NCBI GenBank assembly: GCA_900659855.1 | Contig: CAACVI010000051.1 | Location: forward strand, 17,781-81,780 | Length of the DNA stretch: 64,000 bases | Reading direction: 5' to 3' | From: Candidatus Desulfarcum epimagneticum | GTDB lineage: Bacteria > Desulfobacterota > Desulfobacteria > Desulfobacterales > CR-1 | Shown here: one piece after another, positions 1 to 9,658 of the stretch | Position numbering within the stretch: the stretch's first letter is position 1 | Layout of the letters: every line of letters begins with the position of its first letter | The notes under the pieces: model-generated | The model's database searches: none | What the model saw: only the letters and a program-made list of their open reading frames with translations | Told to the model about the DNA's origin: nothing | Made by a program: the position numbers and the translations under genes

Positions 1-317
1 GTTACCTGCGCGCCTTGACCCGGGCCGCCGTGGAGTTTGACCATCGAAAAAAGAAAAAGACACTGGCGCCCATCCCCGCGGAGTCGGACCTCAAACACCC
101 GGATCTGTTTCAGGACCTCAAAGAATGGCGGTCCCGGAAGGCCGCTGAGCAGGGCGTGGCCCATTTCCAGATCATGCATCAGCGGACCCTGATCCAAATT
201 GTCGAGTCGGCGCCGAAAAACGAGGCGGAGCTGATGGGAATCCGGGGCGTGGGCAAAAAAACCATGGAGAAATACGGGGCCGAGATCCTTTCACTGGTTT
301 CGGCCCGGGACGAATAA
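1..317 (+). CDS. 3' end of a larger gene; C-terminal HRDC-like domain (helicase/nuclease-associated)
   Basis: Frame is open from position 3 to TAA at 315-317, so the 5' end lies outside the window. LFQDLKEWRSRKAAEQGVAHFQIMHQRTLIQIV...IRGVGKKTMEKYG resembles HRDC/helix-hairpin-helix C-termini of RecQ/UvrD/PIF1-type helicases. Confidence 0.5.
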   Translation, partial: YLRALTRAAVEFDHRKKKKTLAPIPAESDLKHPDLFQDLKEWRSRKAAEQGVAHFQIMHQRTLIQIVESAPKNEAELMGIRGVGKKTMEKYGAEILSLVSARDE

Positions 318-322
318 GGGAC

Positions 323-1690
323 TTATGGCTCATCGACAGCCGGGGCCCCGCTTTTGATCCTCTCAATCTCTTTTCTGAGGGCCTCGATTTCAACAAGGGT
401 TTTGAGGTAGCTTTTTTCAGCGCTCACCCGGTATTTCTGGCTCAGCATGGACTCCTTGGCCCAGTCGTCTTTGGCCGTGGCGATGTCCGAAAGGTCCGAC
501 CGGATGTCTCCCGCCGCCTGGTCAAGGGATTCGGCCATGTTTTCGTAGGAGCTGTCGGTGGCGGCGCCGAAATGGATGAGGCCGCCGGTGGCGGCGCTGA
601 ATTTGAGTTTGGTCTTTCTTTTGCCGAACCGTTTGCTTTTAAGGGGCATGGCGAAAAACCGGCTGAGCTGGGGCATGGACACATACTTGTCGATGGAGTT
701 GAATTTCCCCAGTCCCGGGTTTTCCACGCGGACCACCAGGCGCGCGGAGATGGGAAGCCGGTGGACCAGGCCGTCGGTCCGGCTCTCCAGCCGGGCGGCC
801 GCCATCGCCTTTTCCTCTTTGCTGATGTAAAGCCGCGCTTTTATTCTGGGCGCGAACACATCCGTGACCTCCTGGACGAGACCTCCCAGGGAAAAGGCCA
901 TCTCGTAGTATTCGCCGCCCGCGGCCGGGTCTTTTTTGGGGCCTTTGAATCCCGACAGATCGTAGGGCAGAACGAATCGGGCCGACTTGGGCTCGGAGGT
1001 CACCGTGACCTCCCGGTTGTTTTCAATGTAAAACCCAATCTCTTTGTGGAGTTTTTTTAATTCGGTCAAAAGCTTGGACCGGATTTTGGCGCCCTCCTGG
1101 GCCTTTTTTTTCTCCTTGGTCTCCGGGGACGCCAGCTCTTCGTCGGCTTTGCCCAGTTTTTCATAGATGTCCATGATCCGCCGCGCCATGGGCCGGATAT
1201 AAGGGGGCAGGGCCTCGATTCCGGCCCGGTCTTTTTGGGCGATGGCCACGATTTTGGCCAGGGACAAAGAGGCGCCGATGGTTTTTTCCACGATTTCTTT
1301 TTTTTTGTCCGAGATCTGGCTGTCCACGGACGACAAAAGGCCCAGATCGGTGAACTTGTAGTCCATGGACGCGCTGAACGTTCCGGCCTCGGCGATGTCA
1401 TCCACGTTCACCAGAAAGATGTTCCGGGGATCGGGCCGGATTTCTTCGGACAAAGAGGCGCTGACGGCGATGACCCTGGGAAGGCGCCCCTCGTTTTCCA
1501 CCGTGTATCCGAACACTTTTCGGCTTTTGACCTGTTTGACGTAATCCACCTCAATGGCGATGACTTTCATCGGGGTGGCGTAGGCGGCGCCTTTGGCGAC
1601 TCCCTCTCCGTAAGGCACGCTTTTCAGGGACACGGCTCCGCAGCCTGAAAGAATCGCCGCGAGCGCGATCAGGACCAGGTGTTTTTTCAT
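323..1690 (-). CDS. lipoprotein of unknown function (455 aa)
   Basis: N-terminus MKKHLVLIALAAILSGC has a signal peptide plus lipobox (L-S-G-C). Long uninterrupted ORF with Lys/Glu-rich helical segments. No family recognised. Confidence 0.7.
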   Translation of the reverse strand: MKKHLVLIALAAILSGCGAVSLKSVPYGEGVAKGAAYATPMKVIAIEVDYVKQVKSRKVFGYTVENEGRLPRVIAVSASLSEEIRPDPRNIFLVNVDDIAEAGTFSASMDYKFTDLGLLSSVDSQISDKKKEIVEKTIGASLSLAKIVAIAQKDRAGIEALPPYIRPMARRIMDIYEKLGKADEELASPETKEKKKAQEGAKIRSKLLTELKKLHKEIGFYIENNREVTVTSEPKSARFVLPYDLSGFKGPKKDPAAGGEYYEMAFSLGGLVQEVTDVFAPRIKARLYISKEEKAMAAARLESRTDGLVHRLPISARLVVRVENPGLGKFNSIDKYVSMPQLSRFFAMPLKSKRFGKRKTKLKFSAATGGLIHFGAATDSSYENMAESLDQAAGDIRSDLSDIATAKDDWAKESMLSQKYRVSAEKSYLKTLVEIEALRKEIERIKSGAPAVDEP

Positions 1691-1759
1691 CTCAAATCCT
1701 CCATGAAGCAGTGGGTGGAACGCGGTTTTTTTCGGGTTTTCGCTTCAGTCCTGTCCGGC

Positions 1760-2209
1760 TTAAATGAACGCCAGCCGGATCAGGTTGCCGGCCTCGTCGA
1801 TTTCAAGAAACTTTTCAAAATCCTCCTGTTTGCGGCAGTAGCCTTTCCGGGCGAAGTTGGCGGTGTCGATCAGGGTCAGGGAGCGGCTGTCGTCCACGCA
1901 GAAGTTAAACGCGTGGATGTGGGTCAGAAGGATTCCCATGGCCATGGGCGCGTCGCGGCCGCTGTGAAGGCTGAAAAGGGACGCTTTGGTCCTTAGATAA
2001 AAGGCCATGTCCTCGCAGTCGAACACATTTTCGGTGTAGGCCCCGGTGAGAATTTCGTCCGTGGAGATGCGGCCCGTGACCCATTTAAGCGACACGCTTC
2101 GGTATTCCTTGTCGCTGACGATGGTTTGAAGCGCCGGGTCGGGGATCAGATCTCCCAGCTTATGCTCAATGATGCCCGCCACTTCGTATTTGTCCAGCAG
2201 CCATTTCAT
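1760..2209 (-). CDS. hypothetical protein (149 aa), same strand and immediately upstream of the lipoprotein gene
   Basis: Clean ORF with coding-like composition. Contains NVFDCEDMAFY ... THIHAFNFCVDD, a weak Cys/His/Asp pattern. No family recognised. Confidence 0.55.
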   Translation of the reverse strand: MKWLLDKYEVAGIIEHKLGDLIPDPALQTIVSDKEYRSVSLKWVTGRISTDEILTGAYTENVFDCEDMAFYLRTKASLFSLHSGRDAPMAMGILLTHIHAFNFCVDDSRSLTLIDTANFARKGYCRKQEDFEKFLEIDEAGNLIRLAFI

Positions 2210-2310
2210 ACGCGCCTCCTTTTTTCACATGCCCCAGACCGTGACGCCGCATCCGTCAAAGGTTTCGTCTTTTTGAAATCGGCGTCCGCCGCCCGTCCTG
2301 ATTTTATTTC

Positions 2311-2544
2311 TCAGCGTCCCTCCCCGGGACGGGAAAGACGGCGCTTTTCGCCGGCATAGGTTTTGGCGTTTTGGTAAATATCATCAACCGTCATGCCCTG
2401 GAATAATTTTTCCTGAAGGGCGAGGTAATTTTTCGGCTCATGGCTGATTTGGGATAGAAATCGAACGGCGTCCACTTCGCCCAGCTCGCGAAACAAGACG
2501 TTTAATCCTTTCCGCCGAAGCGCCGCGTCAGTGATATCCGGCAT
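2311..2544 (-). CDS. small protein paired with the PIN toxin (putative antitoxin/partner, 77 aa)
   Basis: Start chosen at MPDITDAALRRKGLNVLFRELGEVDAVRFL. It overlaps the PIN gene stop by 17 nt. The pair is AT-richer than its flanks. Confidence 0.55.
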   Translation of the reverse strand: MPDITDAALRRKGLNVLFRELGEVDAVRFLSQISHEPKNYLALQEKLFQGMTVDDIYQNAKTYAGEKRRLSRPGEGR

Positions 2545-2989
2545 TTTTTCTCTCCTCCAGATGCAATATAAAGTCAATGGGGTTGGTCAGTTTTACGATG
2601 ATCGGCAGCGCCTTTTGTTTCTTCACAAGGCGATCATCACAGGTCACAAAATGCTCCGCTCCCCAGGTTTCCGCGCAGGCAATGTGCAAGGCGTCGCGGG
2701 GTTTGACGCCTTTAATTTCATAGGTTTTTGCAAACCGCCTGATCGTGTCATCGGCGTCTATCATTTCTGAGGCAAAATGAGCCAGGCTCTCAATTTCAAG
2801 GCGGATATCATCGTATGGATTGAGACTGTTTTCGTAATCAAGGATAAAAGACCATGCGACATGGATCCTTCCGGATTTCATGGCGCTCAGGATTTCAAAC
2901 ACCGAGATCGTCTCAAGTTTGACCCGCGCTTGCGACTGGTCATCATAAGGACGATTGTAAATGTTCATATCCAGATATATTTTTTCCAT
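2528..2989 (-). CDS. PIN-domain protein (VapC-like type II toxin)
   Basis: Start at ATG 2989 is preceded by AGGAGG. MEKIYLDMNIY (Asp near N-terminus), DALHIACAE and FVTCDD acidic motifs are typical of PIN domains. Confidence 0.7.
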   Translation of the reverse strand: MEKIYLDMNIYNRPYDDQSQARVKLETISVFEILSAMKSGRIHVAWSFILDYENSLNPYDDIRLEIESLAHFASEMIDADDTIRRFAKTYEIKGVKPRDALHIACAETWGAEHFVTCDDRLVKKQKALPIIVKLTNPIDFILHLEERKNAGYH

Positions 2990-3063
2990 GCCTCCTTTTT
3001 CCCCGGAATCGACGTTTTCGATCAGATACGGCCACCGCTTAAAAAGCATACAATAAAAGCGGC

Positions 3064-3092
3064 TTGACTGCAAGAATCCTTTTGCCTATAAT
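3064..3092 (+). promoter_or_regulatory. sigma-70-like promoter TTGACT-17 nt-TATAAT
   Basis: TTGACT at 3064-3069 and TATAAT at 3087-3092 with exact 17-nt spacing, 75 nt upstream of the ATG at 3167. Confidence 0.5.
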
Positions 3093-3166
3093 GCGCCGAG
3101 CCTTTAAATAAAAACGGCGGGATAGCTGTTAATATAAACTCGCAAAAAATGGATTTTTTTTAAACA

Positions 3167-4453
3167 ATGAGTTTCAGCCAAAGGGTGGAGACTTTCTCCC
3201 ACGACTATTTGAAATGCTGCGCTTACATCCGGGACTTCGGGGCCGGGGAAGATATTTTTACAAAAATGCTTTTTTCAAAGCTTTCGGCCTCCTCCCAGCT
3301 TCTGGAGGATTTCCTGGATGTGCACGGGGCGAAAAACAACCGGGACTGGTTTTACTACCGGGAGCTGGCGGCGGCGGTGAGGCATCTGAGCCTTGGGGGA
3401 TACGCCCAGAAGCATATTCTCAACCGGCTTCATTTTTATGAGCTGGAAGACGACGTGGAATTTGAGAAAGACAGCCGAAAGACCCGGAATTTTTTCACCC
3501 GGACCCTGCGGCAGATCGCCCCGGCCGTTCTGGAGGAGGCCGCCGCGCTTCAGATACCGGCCCCGGCCGACACGTTCTCCGAGGCCGATTTTCCCCCGGT
3601 CATGTCCGATTCGGAAATGCTGGCGGACAATGTGGACAGCGGCATGGAGAAGCAGCGGGGCAAAGACCTGGTGAAGATCGCCGGGGAGTTTTTAAACATC
3701 GCCCGGCATTTTGACGAGCTGGAGTTCTACGAGCCCTTTGACCTTCAAAAGATCATGTCCATTGTGCCCGACCGGGTCAACGAGGTGGAGATCCGGACCT
3801 TTGAGATGCGGACCCACAACCTCCAGTCTTCCTTTGACACCTACGTGGCGCTGGGGGGCCTTAAAACCGGCGCGAAAAATTTAAGGAAGCTGCGGGGGAC
3901 CTTTTCCGTGGCCCTGCATCTTCTGGAGATCATGGGGCGGCTGCTTCATTTTTATGAGCGCCACCTGTCCAAGGACGTTTACAAAGACGTGTTTAAAAAG
4001 GCCCGGCGTCGCCTGAAAGACCTGGCCAGCGCCGAGACCCTCCTGGACCGCACCATCAATTACGGCCTTTACTATGTCTGTTATTTTCTTTCCTCCGGGA
4101 AAAATCCGGCCAAAGCCATTTTAAACGAAAACATCGAGCGTTCCTCCATCGAGGTGGGGGTCCCGGTCAACCTGGGCTTTCACAGCCGCCCCAGCCTTCT
4201 GGTGGCCCGCATTGTCCGGCATTACGGGGGCGAGGTCACGCTTTGCGCCGGGGAAAGGCGTTTTGACGCGGGCAGCGTTCTGGACATCCAGTGGGCCGGG
4301 GGGCTGATTCGAAAGGAAAACATTGACCGGGTGATCTTTGAGGGCGACGCCCGGGCGCTTCATGACATCGAGATACTGGCCGGGGTCAACTACGGCGAGG
4401 ACACCTTCGGCAAGGGCGTCCCCCTTCCCCGGGAGCTTGAGTACCTGAGATGA
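3167..4453 (+). CDS. protein with unknown ~330-aa helical N-terminal region fused to a C-terminal HPr-like phosphocarrier domain
   Basis: C-terminus IEVGVPVNLGFHSRPSLLVARIV...RFDAGSVLDIQ matches the HPr fold signature (His15-type GxHxRP and Ser46-type region). Its stop overlaps the ispD start (ATGA at 4450-4453). Confidence 0.7.
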   Translation: MSFSQRVETFSHDYLKCCAYIRDFGAGEDIFTKMLFSKLSASSQLLEDFLDVHGAKNNRDWFYYRELAAAVRHLSLGGYAQKHILNRLHFYELEDDVEFEKDSRKTRNFFTRTLRQIAPAVLEEAAALQIPAPADTFSEADFPPVMSDSEMLADNVDSGMEKQRGKDLVKIAGEFLNIARHFDELEFYEPFDLQKIMSIVPDRVNEVEIRTFEMRTHNLQSSFDTYVALGGLKTGAKNLRKLRGTFSVALHLLEIMGRLLHFYERHLSKDVYKDVFKKARRRLKDLASAETLLDRTINYGLYYVCYFLSSGKNPAKAILNENIERSSIEVGVPVNLGFHSRPSLLVARIVRHYGGEVTLCAGERRFDAGSVLDIQWAGGLIRKENIDRVIFEGDARALHDIEILAGVNYGEDTFGKGVPLPRELEYLR

Positions 4454-5187
4454 CAGACACGGGAAGCGCCTCGCCCATGACCCACGCCATCATCGCGGCC
4501 GCCGGAAAAGGCCAAAGGATGAGCGCCGCGGCGCCCAAGCAGTACCTGGACCTGGGGGGCCGCGCCATTGTGGGCCACGCCCTTTCGGCCTTTGACCGAT
4601 GCGGGGCCGTGGACCGGATTGTTCTCGTGGTCCCGGAAGGGGATCTGGATTTTTGCCGCGACACGCTTCTGCCCCCCCTGGACATTCAAAAACCCCTGGA
4701 GCTGACGGCCGGGGGCCGAACCCGCCAGGACTCCGTCTCCCGGGGTCTTTCGGCCTGCGGGAATTTTGACGGAATCGTGGTCATCCACGACGGCGCCCGG
4801 CCCTTTGTGGACCCCGGGGACATCGAAGCCTGCGTGAGAGGCGCGAAAATCCACGGGGCCTGCGTCATCGGACGGCCCTGCTTTGACACGCTCAAACGCC
4901 TGGGCGCCGGGGGAATAATTGAAAAAACCGTGGAGAGAAAAAGGCTCTGGACGGTCCAGACGCCCCAGGCGTTTCATCGCGATTTGATCCAAAAGGCCCT
5001 TGACCAGGCAAAGCGGGAGAATTTCCAGGCCACGGACGAGGCCGGTCTTGTGGAAAGAATGGGCGTGGGGGTGAGGATGGAAAAGGGCTCGGCCCTGAAC
5101 ATCAAAATCACCGCCCCGGAAGACCTGGCCCTGGCCCGGGCCATTGTTCGGGAAATGGGCCGGAAAGGGACGGAAGCCGTTAAATGA
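4450..5187 (+). CDS. ispD: 2-C-methyl-D-erythritol 4-phosphate cytidylyltransferase
   Basis: AIIAAAGKGQRM...PKQYLDLGG N-terminal nucleotide-binding motif. Length 245 aa. Confidence 0.9.
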   Translation: MTDTGSASPMTHAIIAAAGKGQRMSAAAPKQYLDLGGRAIVGHALSAFDRCGAVDRIVLVVPEGDLDFCRDTLLPPLDIQKPLELTAGGRTRQDSVSRGLSACGNFDGIVVIHDGARPFVDPGDIEACVRGAKIHGACVIGRPCFDTLKRLGAGGIIEKTVERKRLWTVQTPQAFHRDLIQKALDQAKRENFQATDEAGLVERMGVGVRMEKGSALNIKITAPEDLALARAIVREMGRKGTEAVK

Positions 5188-5276
5188 TTTTTTTTGTGAT
5201 TGGCGGTTGCAAAAAGGCGCGTTTGGTGCGATGATCGCCCCTTTATTCAATTTTGATAAATTCATGAGGGACAACA

Positions 5277-6410
5277 ATGAAAGCGATTCTGGCCCTTGAA
5301 GACGGTCGGGTCTTCGACTGCCGCTCCTTCACCGGTCATGGAGAGGCGCTGGGAGAGGCCGTTTTTAACACCGGCATGACCGGCTACCAGGAGGCGTTGA
5401 CCGATCCGTCCTACCACGGCCAGATGCTGGCCATGACCTATCCCCTGGTGGGAAATTACGGCGTCAATTCCGAGGATGTGGAGTCCGACCGCGTTTGGGT
5501 CCGGGCGTTTCTGGTGAAAGAATGCCAGAAGTATCCCAGCAATTTCAGGTCCGAATCCACCCTGGCGGATTACCTTTCCGGCCAGGGGATCCTGGGCGTG
5601 GAGGACCTGGACACCCGGGCGCTCACGCGCCATATTCGAAACGCCGGCTCCATGCGGGCGTGCGTGTCCACCCTGGACCCTGATCCGGACTCATGCGTGG
5701 AAAAGGCCCGGAAAAGCCCCTCCATGAAGGGGCTGAGCCTGGCCGATGAGGTCTCCACCTCAAAGCCGTTTATATGGAAAGAGGGGAGGCGTGTTTTTTT
5801 AGAGCCCGATCAATGCGCCGAAAAGGCCCGGGAATGGCGGAAAGAGGATGAAAGACCCCTGGTGGCGGCGTTTGATTTCGGTATAAAATACAATATTTTA
5901 AGATGCCTGGAAAGGGCGGGGATCAAACCCCTGGTTCTTCCCGCCCGGACAGGCCCCGAGGCGGTCATGGAACTGGGTCCGGACGGAATTTTTCTGTCAA
6001 ACGGACCCGGCGATCCCGAGCCGGCGACCCGCGCCATTGCGACCGTGAAAAAACTTCTGGGATTTCGGCCCATTTTCGGCATCTGCCTGGGGCACCAGAT
6101 CCTGGGGCTCGCCCTGGGGGGCAAAACCTACAAGCTGAAGTTCGGTCACCGGGGGGGAAACCAGCCGGTGAAAAATCTGCTCACGGGCAGGGTGGAGATC
6201 ACCTCCCAGAACCACGGTTTCGCGGTGGACATGGACAGCCTTCAGTCCTTCGGAGCCCGGCTGACCCACGTGAACCTGAACGACGACACGGTGGAGGGCT
6301 TTTCCCAGGAGGACGCCCGCCTCATCGCGGTCCAGCATCATCCCGAGGCGGCGCCGGGGCCTTTGGACGCGAAATATATGTTTAAGGAATTTTTAGGAAT
6401 GATGGTGTGA
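5277..6410 (+). CDS. carA: carbamoyl-phosphate synthase small (glutaminase) subunit
   Basis: CPSase small-chain N-domain plus class I amidotransferase GICLGHQ...HHPE. Directly upstream of carB. Confidence 0.95.
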   Translation: MKAILALEDGRVFDCRSFTGHGEALGEAVFNTGMTGYQEALTDPSYHGQMLAMTYPLVGNYGVNSEDVESDRVWVRAFLVKECQKYPSNFRSESTLADYLSGQGILGVEDLDTRALTRHIRNAGSMRACVSTLDPDPDSCVEKARKSPSMKGLSLADEVSTSKPFIWKEGRRVFLEPDQCAEKAREWRKEDERPLVAAFDFGIKYNILRCLERAGIKPLVLPARTGPEAVMELGPDGIFLSNGPGDPEPATRAIATVKKLLGFRPIFGICLGHQILGLALGGKTYKLKFGHRGGNQPVKNLLTGRVEITSQNHGFAVDMDSLQSFGARLTHVNLNDDTVEGFSQEDARLIAVQHHPEAAPGPLDAKYMFKEFLGMMV

Positions 6411-6414
6411 GATT

Positions 6415-9400
6415 ATGCCCAGACGGACCGACATTGAAAAAATACTCATCATAGGGGCCGGGCCCATCATCATCAGCCAGGCCTGCGAGTTCGACTACTC
6501 CGGAACCCAGGCGTGCAAGGCGCTCAAGGAGGAGGGCTACCACGTCATTCTTCTGAACAGCAACCCCGCCACCATCATGACGGACCCCGATGTGGCCCAC
6601 CGGACGTACGTGGAGCCCGTGACCCCCGGGATTGTGTCCATGATCGTGGAAAAGGAGAGGCCCGACGCCGTCCTTCCCACCCTGGGAGGTCAGACGGGCC
6701 TCAACGCGGCGGTGGAGACGGCGCGCATGGGGACGTTTGAAAAATTCGGCGTGGAGATGATCGGGGCCGGTCTGGACTCCATCCACAAGGCCGAGGACCG
6801 GGACCTTTTCCGGAAGGCCATGGAAAACATCGGCCTGCGCATTCCCGAAAGCCGCATCGCCACCGACATGGAAGGCGCCCGCCGTTTCGCCCAGGAGCTG
6901 GGATTTCCGGTCATTATCCGCCCCAGCTTCACCCTGGGGGGAACCGGGGGAGGGGTGGCCTACAATCCCGAGGACCTGGAGAGCATGGCGGCGGCCGGCC
7001 TGGAGGCCAGCCTCATCGGCCAGGTGATGCTGGAAGAGTCGGTGTTGGGGTGGAAAGAGTACGAGCTGGAGGTCATGCGGGACAAAAACGACAACGTCGT
7101 GATCATCTGCTCCATCGAAAACATGGACCCCATGGGGATTCACACCGGCGACAGCGTCACCGTGGCCCCGGCCCAGACCCTGACCGACCGGGAATACCAG
7201 CGCATGAGAGACGCCTCCATCGCCATTATGCGGGAGATCGGCGTGGACACCGGGGGCTCCAACGTCCAGTTCGCCGTGAATCCCGAAAACGGGGAAATGG
7301 TGGTGGTGGAGATGAACCCCCGGGTTTCCCGAAGCTCGGCCCTGGCCTCCAAGGCCACCGGGTTTCCCATCGCCAAAATCGCGGCCAAGCTGGCCGTGGG
7401 GTACTCCCTGGATGAGATTCCCAACGACATCACCGGCCGCACCCTGGCCTCCTTTGAGCCCGCGCTGGACTACTGCGTGGTGAAAATTCCCCGGTGGACC
7501 TTTGAGAAGTTTCCCGAAACCGAGGATTTTCTCACCACCGCCATGAAGTCCGTGGGCGAGACCATGGCCATCGGCCGGACATTCAAAGAGGCCCTTCAGA
7601 AAGGAATCCGGTCCCTTGAGATCGGCCGCTTCGGCCTGGGGGGAGACGGCGCCGGGGACGACGAAAAAGTGGACCCGGACGATCAGGCCCTGGAAAAAGG
7701 GCTGGCCGTCCCCAACTCCATGCGTCTGTTTCGCCTCCGCCAGGCCCTTTTGAGCGGGATGGGCATCGAGTCCATTTACGCCCTCACCGGCATCGACCCC
7801 TGGTTTATTGATCAGATCAGACAGATCACGGACATGGAGGCGGAGATCAAAGCCGCCGGAAAGGCCCTTCTGGAGGGTCCAAAGCCCCATCCCCTTTTGA
7901 AAAGGGCCAAGGCGTTCGGATTTTCCGATATTCAGATCGCTTATCTGACCGGGACCGATGAGGGCCATGCGGCGAATTTCAGGAAAAAGGCGGAAATCCG
8001 GCCGGTTTACAAACTGGTGGACACCTGCGCCGCCGAGTTCCGGGCCTCCACCCCGTACTATTACTCCACTTACGAGACCGAGGACGAGGCCCGGGTGTCG
8101 GACGTGAAAAAAGTCATGATCCTGGGAGGCGGCCCCAACCGGATCGGCCAGGGCATTGAATTCGACTACTGCTGCGTGCACGCCTCCTTCGCCCTTCGGG
8201 AAGAGGGGGTGGAAAGCATCATGGTCAACAGCAACCCCGAGACCGTGAGCACCGACTACGACACGTCGGACAAGCTTTACTTTGAGCCTTTGACCCATGA
8301 GGATGTCCTTCACATCGTGGAGACGGAAAAACCGGCCGGCGTCATCGTCCAGTTCGGGGGCCAGACCCCGCTGAACCTTTCGGCCTCGCTTTTCGAGGCC
8401 GGGGTTCCCATCCTGGGCACCCAGCCTGAGAGCATCGCCATGGCCGAGGACCGCGAGCTTTTTAAAGCCATGCTCAAAAAGATCGGCCTGACCCAGCCGG
8501 CCAACGGCGTGGCCATGTCCGTGGACGAGGCGGCCCGGGTGGCGGATAAAATCGGCTACCCGGTGATGGTGCGCCCTTCTTATGTGCTGGGGGGCCGCGC
8601 CATGAAAATCGTTTACAACCAAAGCGAGCTGGAAAATTTCGCCCGGCTGGGCATGGAGGCCTCCCCGGGTCATCCCGTTCTCATCGACAAGTTTTTGGAG
8701 GAGGCCGTGGAGGTGGATGTGGACGCGATTTCCGACGGCGTCTCCACCGTCATCGCGGGCGTGATGGAGCACATTGAGGAGGCCGGGGTTCATTCCGGGG
8801 ATTCGGCCTGCGTTCTGCCGCCCCGAACCATTTCCCCGGACATGATGAAACGAATCTTTTCGGCCACCAAATCCATGGCCGCCGAGCTGAAGGTCAAAGG
8901 GCTGATGAATGTCCAGTACGCCATCAAGGACAACCGGCTGTTTGCGCTGGAGGTCAATCCCCGGGCTTCGAGAACCATTCCCTTTGTGAGCAAGGCCACC
9001 GGCGTTCCCTTCGCCAAGATCGCGGCCAAGGTCATGCTGGGCAAAACCCTGGATGAGCTGGGGCTTGTCCGGGAGGTCATCCCGTCCCATGTGTCGGTGA
9101 AAGAGGCGGCGCTTCCCTTTGACCGTTTTCCCGATGTGGACACCCTTTTGGGGCCGGAAATGAAATCCACCGGCGAGGTGATGGGCATCGACAAGGGGTT
9201 CGGCGCGGCCTTCGCCAAGGCCCAGCTCGCCGCCGGCCACGAGATTCCGCTCAAAGGGGCCGTGTTTATCAGCGTGACGGACCGGGACAAGCCGCAGGCG
9301 CTTGAAGCGGCCAGGGGATTTCATGATCTGGGCTTTTCCATTGTGGCCACGGCCGGCACCGGGGATTTTTTTGAAAAAAACGGCGTGCCCCATTCCACTG

Positions 9401-9657
9401 TCAATAAGGTGTCCCTGGGGCGGCCCCATGTCATCGACGCCATCAAGAATAACGAGATCCAGCTCATTGTCAACACCGGAAAGGGAGGGGCCACCCGGCG
9501 GGACGGCTACCTCATCCGACGCGCCGCCATGAAGTACAAAATTCCCTACGCCACCACCACCGCCGGGGCGCTGGCCATCTGCCGGGCCATCCAGGCCATG
9601 TCGGAAGAAAAGATGGATGTCAAACCGTTGCAGGACTATCACACAGGACAGGTTTAA
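6415..9657 (+). CDS. carB: carbamoyl-phosphate synthase large subunit
   Basis: 1080 aa. [33 protein letters not shown] start, duplicated ATP-grasp halves and a C-terminal MGS-like domain. Confidence 0.97.
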   Translation: MPRRTDIEKILIIGAGPIIISQACEFDYSGTQACKALKEEGYHVILLNSNPATIMTDPDVAHRTYVEPVTPGIVSMIVEKERPDAVLPTLGGQTGLNAAVETARMGTFEKFGVEMIGAGLDSIHKAEDRDLFRKAMENIGLRIPESRIATDMEGARRFAQELGFPVIIRPSFTLGGTGGGVAYNPEDLESMAAAGLEASLIGQVMLEESVLGWKEYELEVMRDKNDNVVIICSIENMDPMGIHTGDSVTVAPAQTLTDREYQRMRDASIAIMREIGVDTGGSNVQFAVNPENGEMVVVEMNPRVSRSSALASKATGFPIAKIAAKLAVGYSLDEIPNDITGRTLASFEPALDYCVVKIPRWTFEKFPETEDFLTTAMKSVGETMAIGRTFKEALQKGIRSLEIGRFGLGGDGAGDDEKVDPDDQALEKGLAVPNSMRLFRLRQALLSGMGIESIYALTGIDPWFIDQIRQITDMEAEIKAAGKALLEGPKPHPLLKRAKAFGFSDIQIAYLTGTDEGHAANFRKKAEIRPVYKLVDTCAAEFRASTPYYYSTYETEDEARVSDVKKVMILGGGPNRIGQGIEFDYCCVHASFALREEGVESIMVNSNPETVSTDYDTSDKLYFEPLTHEDVLHIVETEKPAGVIVQFGGQTPLNLSASLFEAGVPILGTQPESIAMAEDRELFKAMLKKIGLTQPANGVAMSVDEAARVADKIGYPVMVRPSYVLGGRAMKIVYNQSELENFARLGMEASPGHPVLIDKFLEEAVEVDVDAISDGVSTVIAGVMEHIEEAGVHSGDSACVLPPRTISPDMMKRIFSATKSMAAELKVKGLMNVQYAIKDNRLFALEVNPRASRTIPFVSKATGVPFAKIAAKVMLGKTLDELGLVREVIPSHVSVKEAALPFDRFPDVDTLLGPEMKSTGEVMGIDKGFGAAFAKAQLAAGHEIPLKGAVFISVTDRDKPQALEAARGFHDLGFSIVATAGTGDFFEKNGVPHSTVNKVSLGRPHVIDAIKNNEIQLIVNTGKGGATRRDGYLIRRAAMKYKIPYATTTAGALAICRAIQAMSEEKMDVKPLQDYHTGQV

Positions 9658-9658
9658 A

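Noticed and set aside
6382-9642. 1086-aa ORF on the minus strand
   Set aside because: It is entirely antisense to carB, which has unmistakable CPSase motifs. The translation is Gly/Pro/Arg/His-rich and low-complexity, typical of antisense frames in high-GC DNA.
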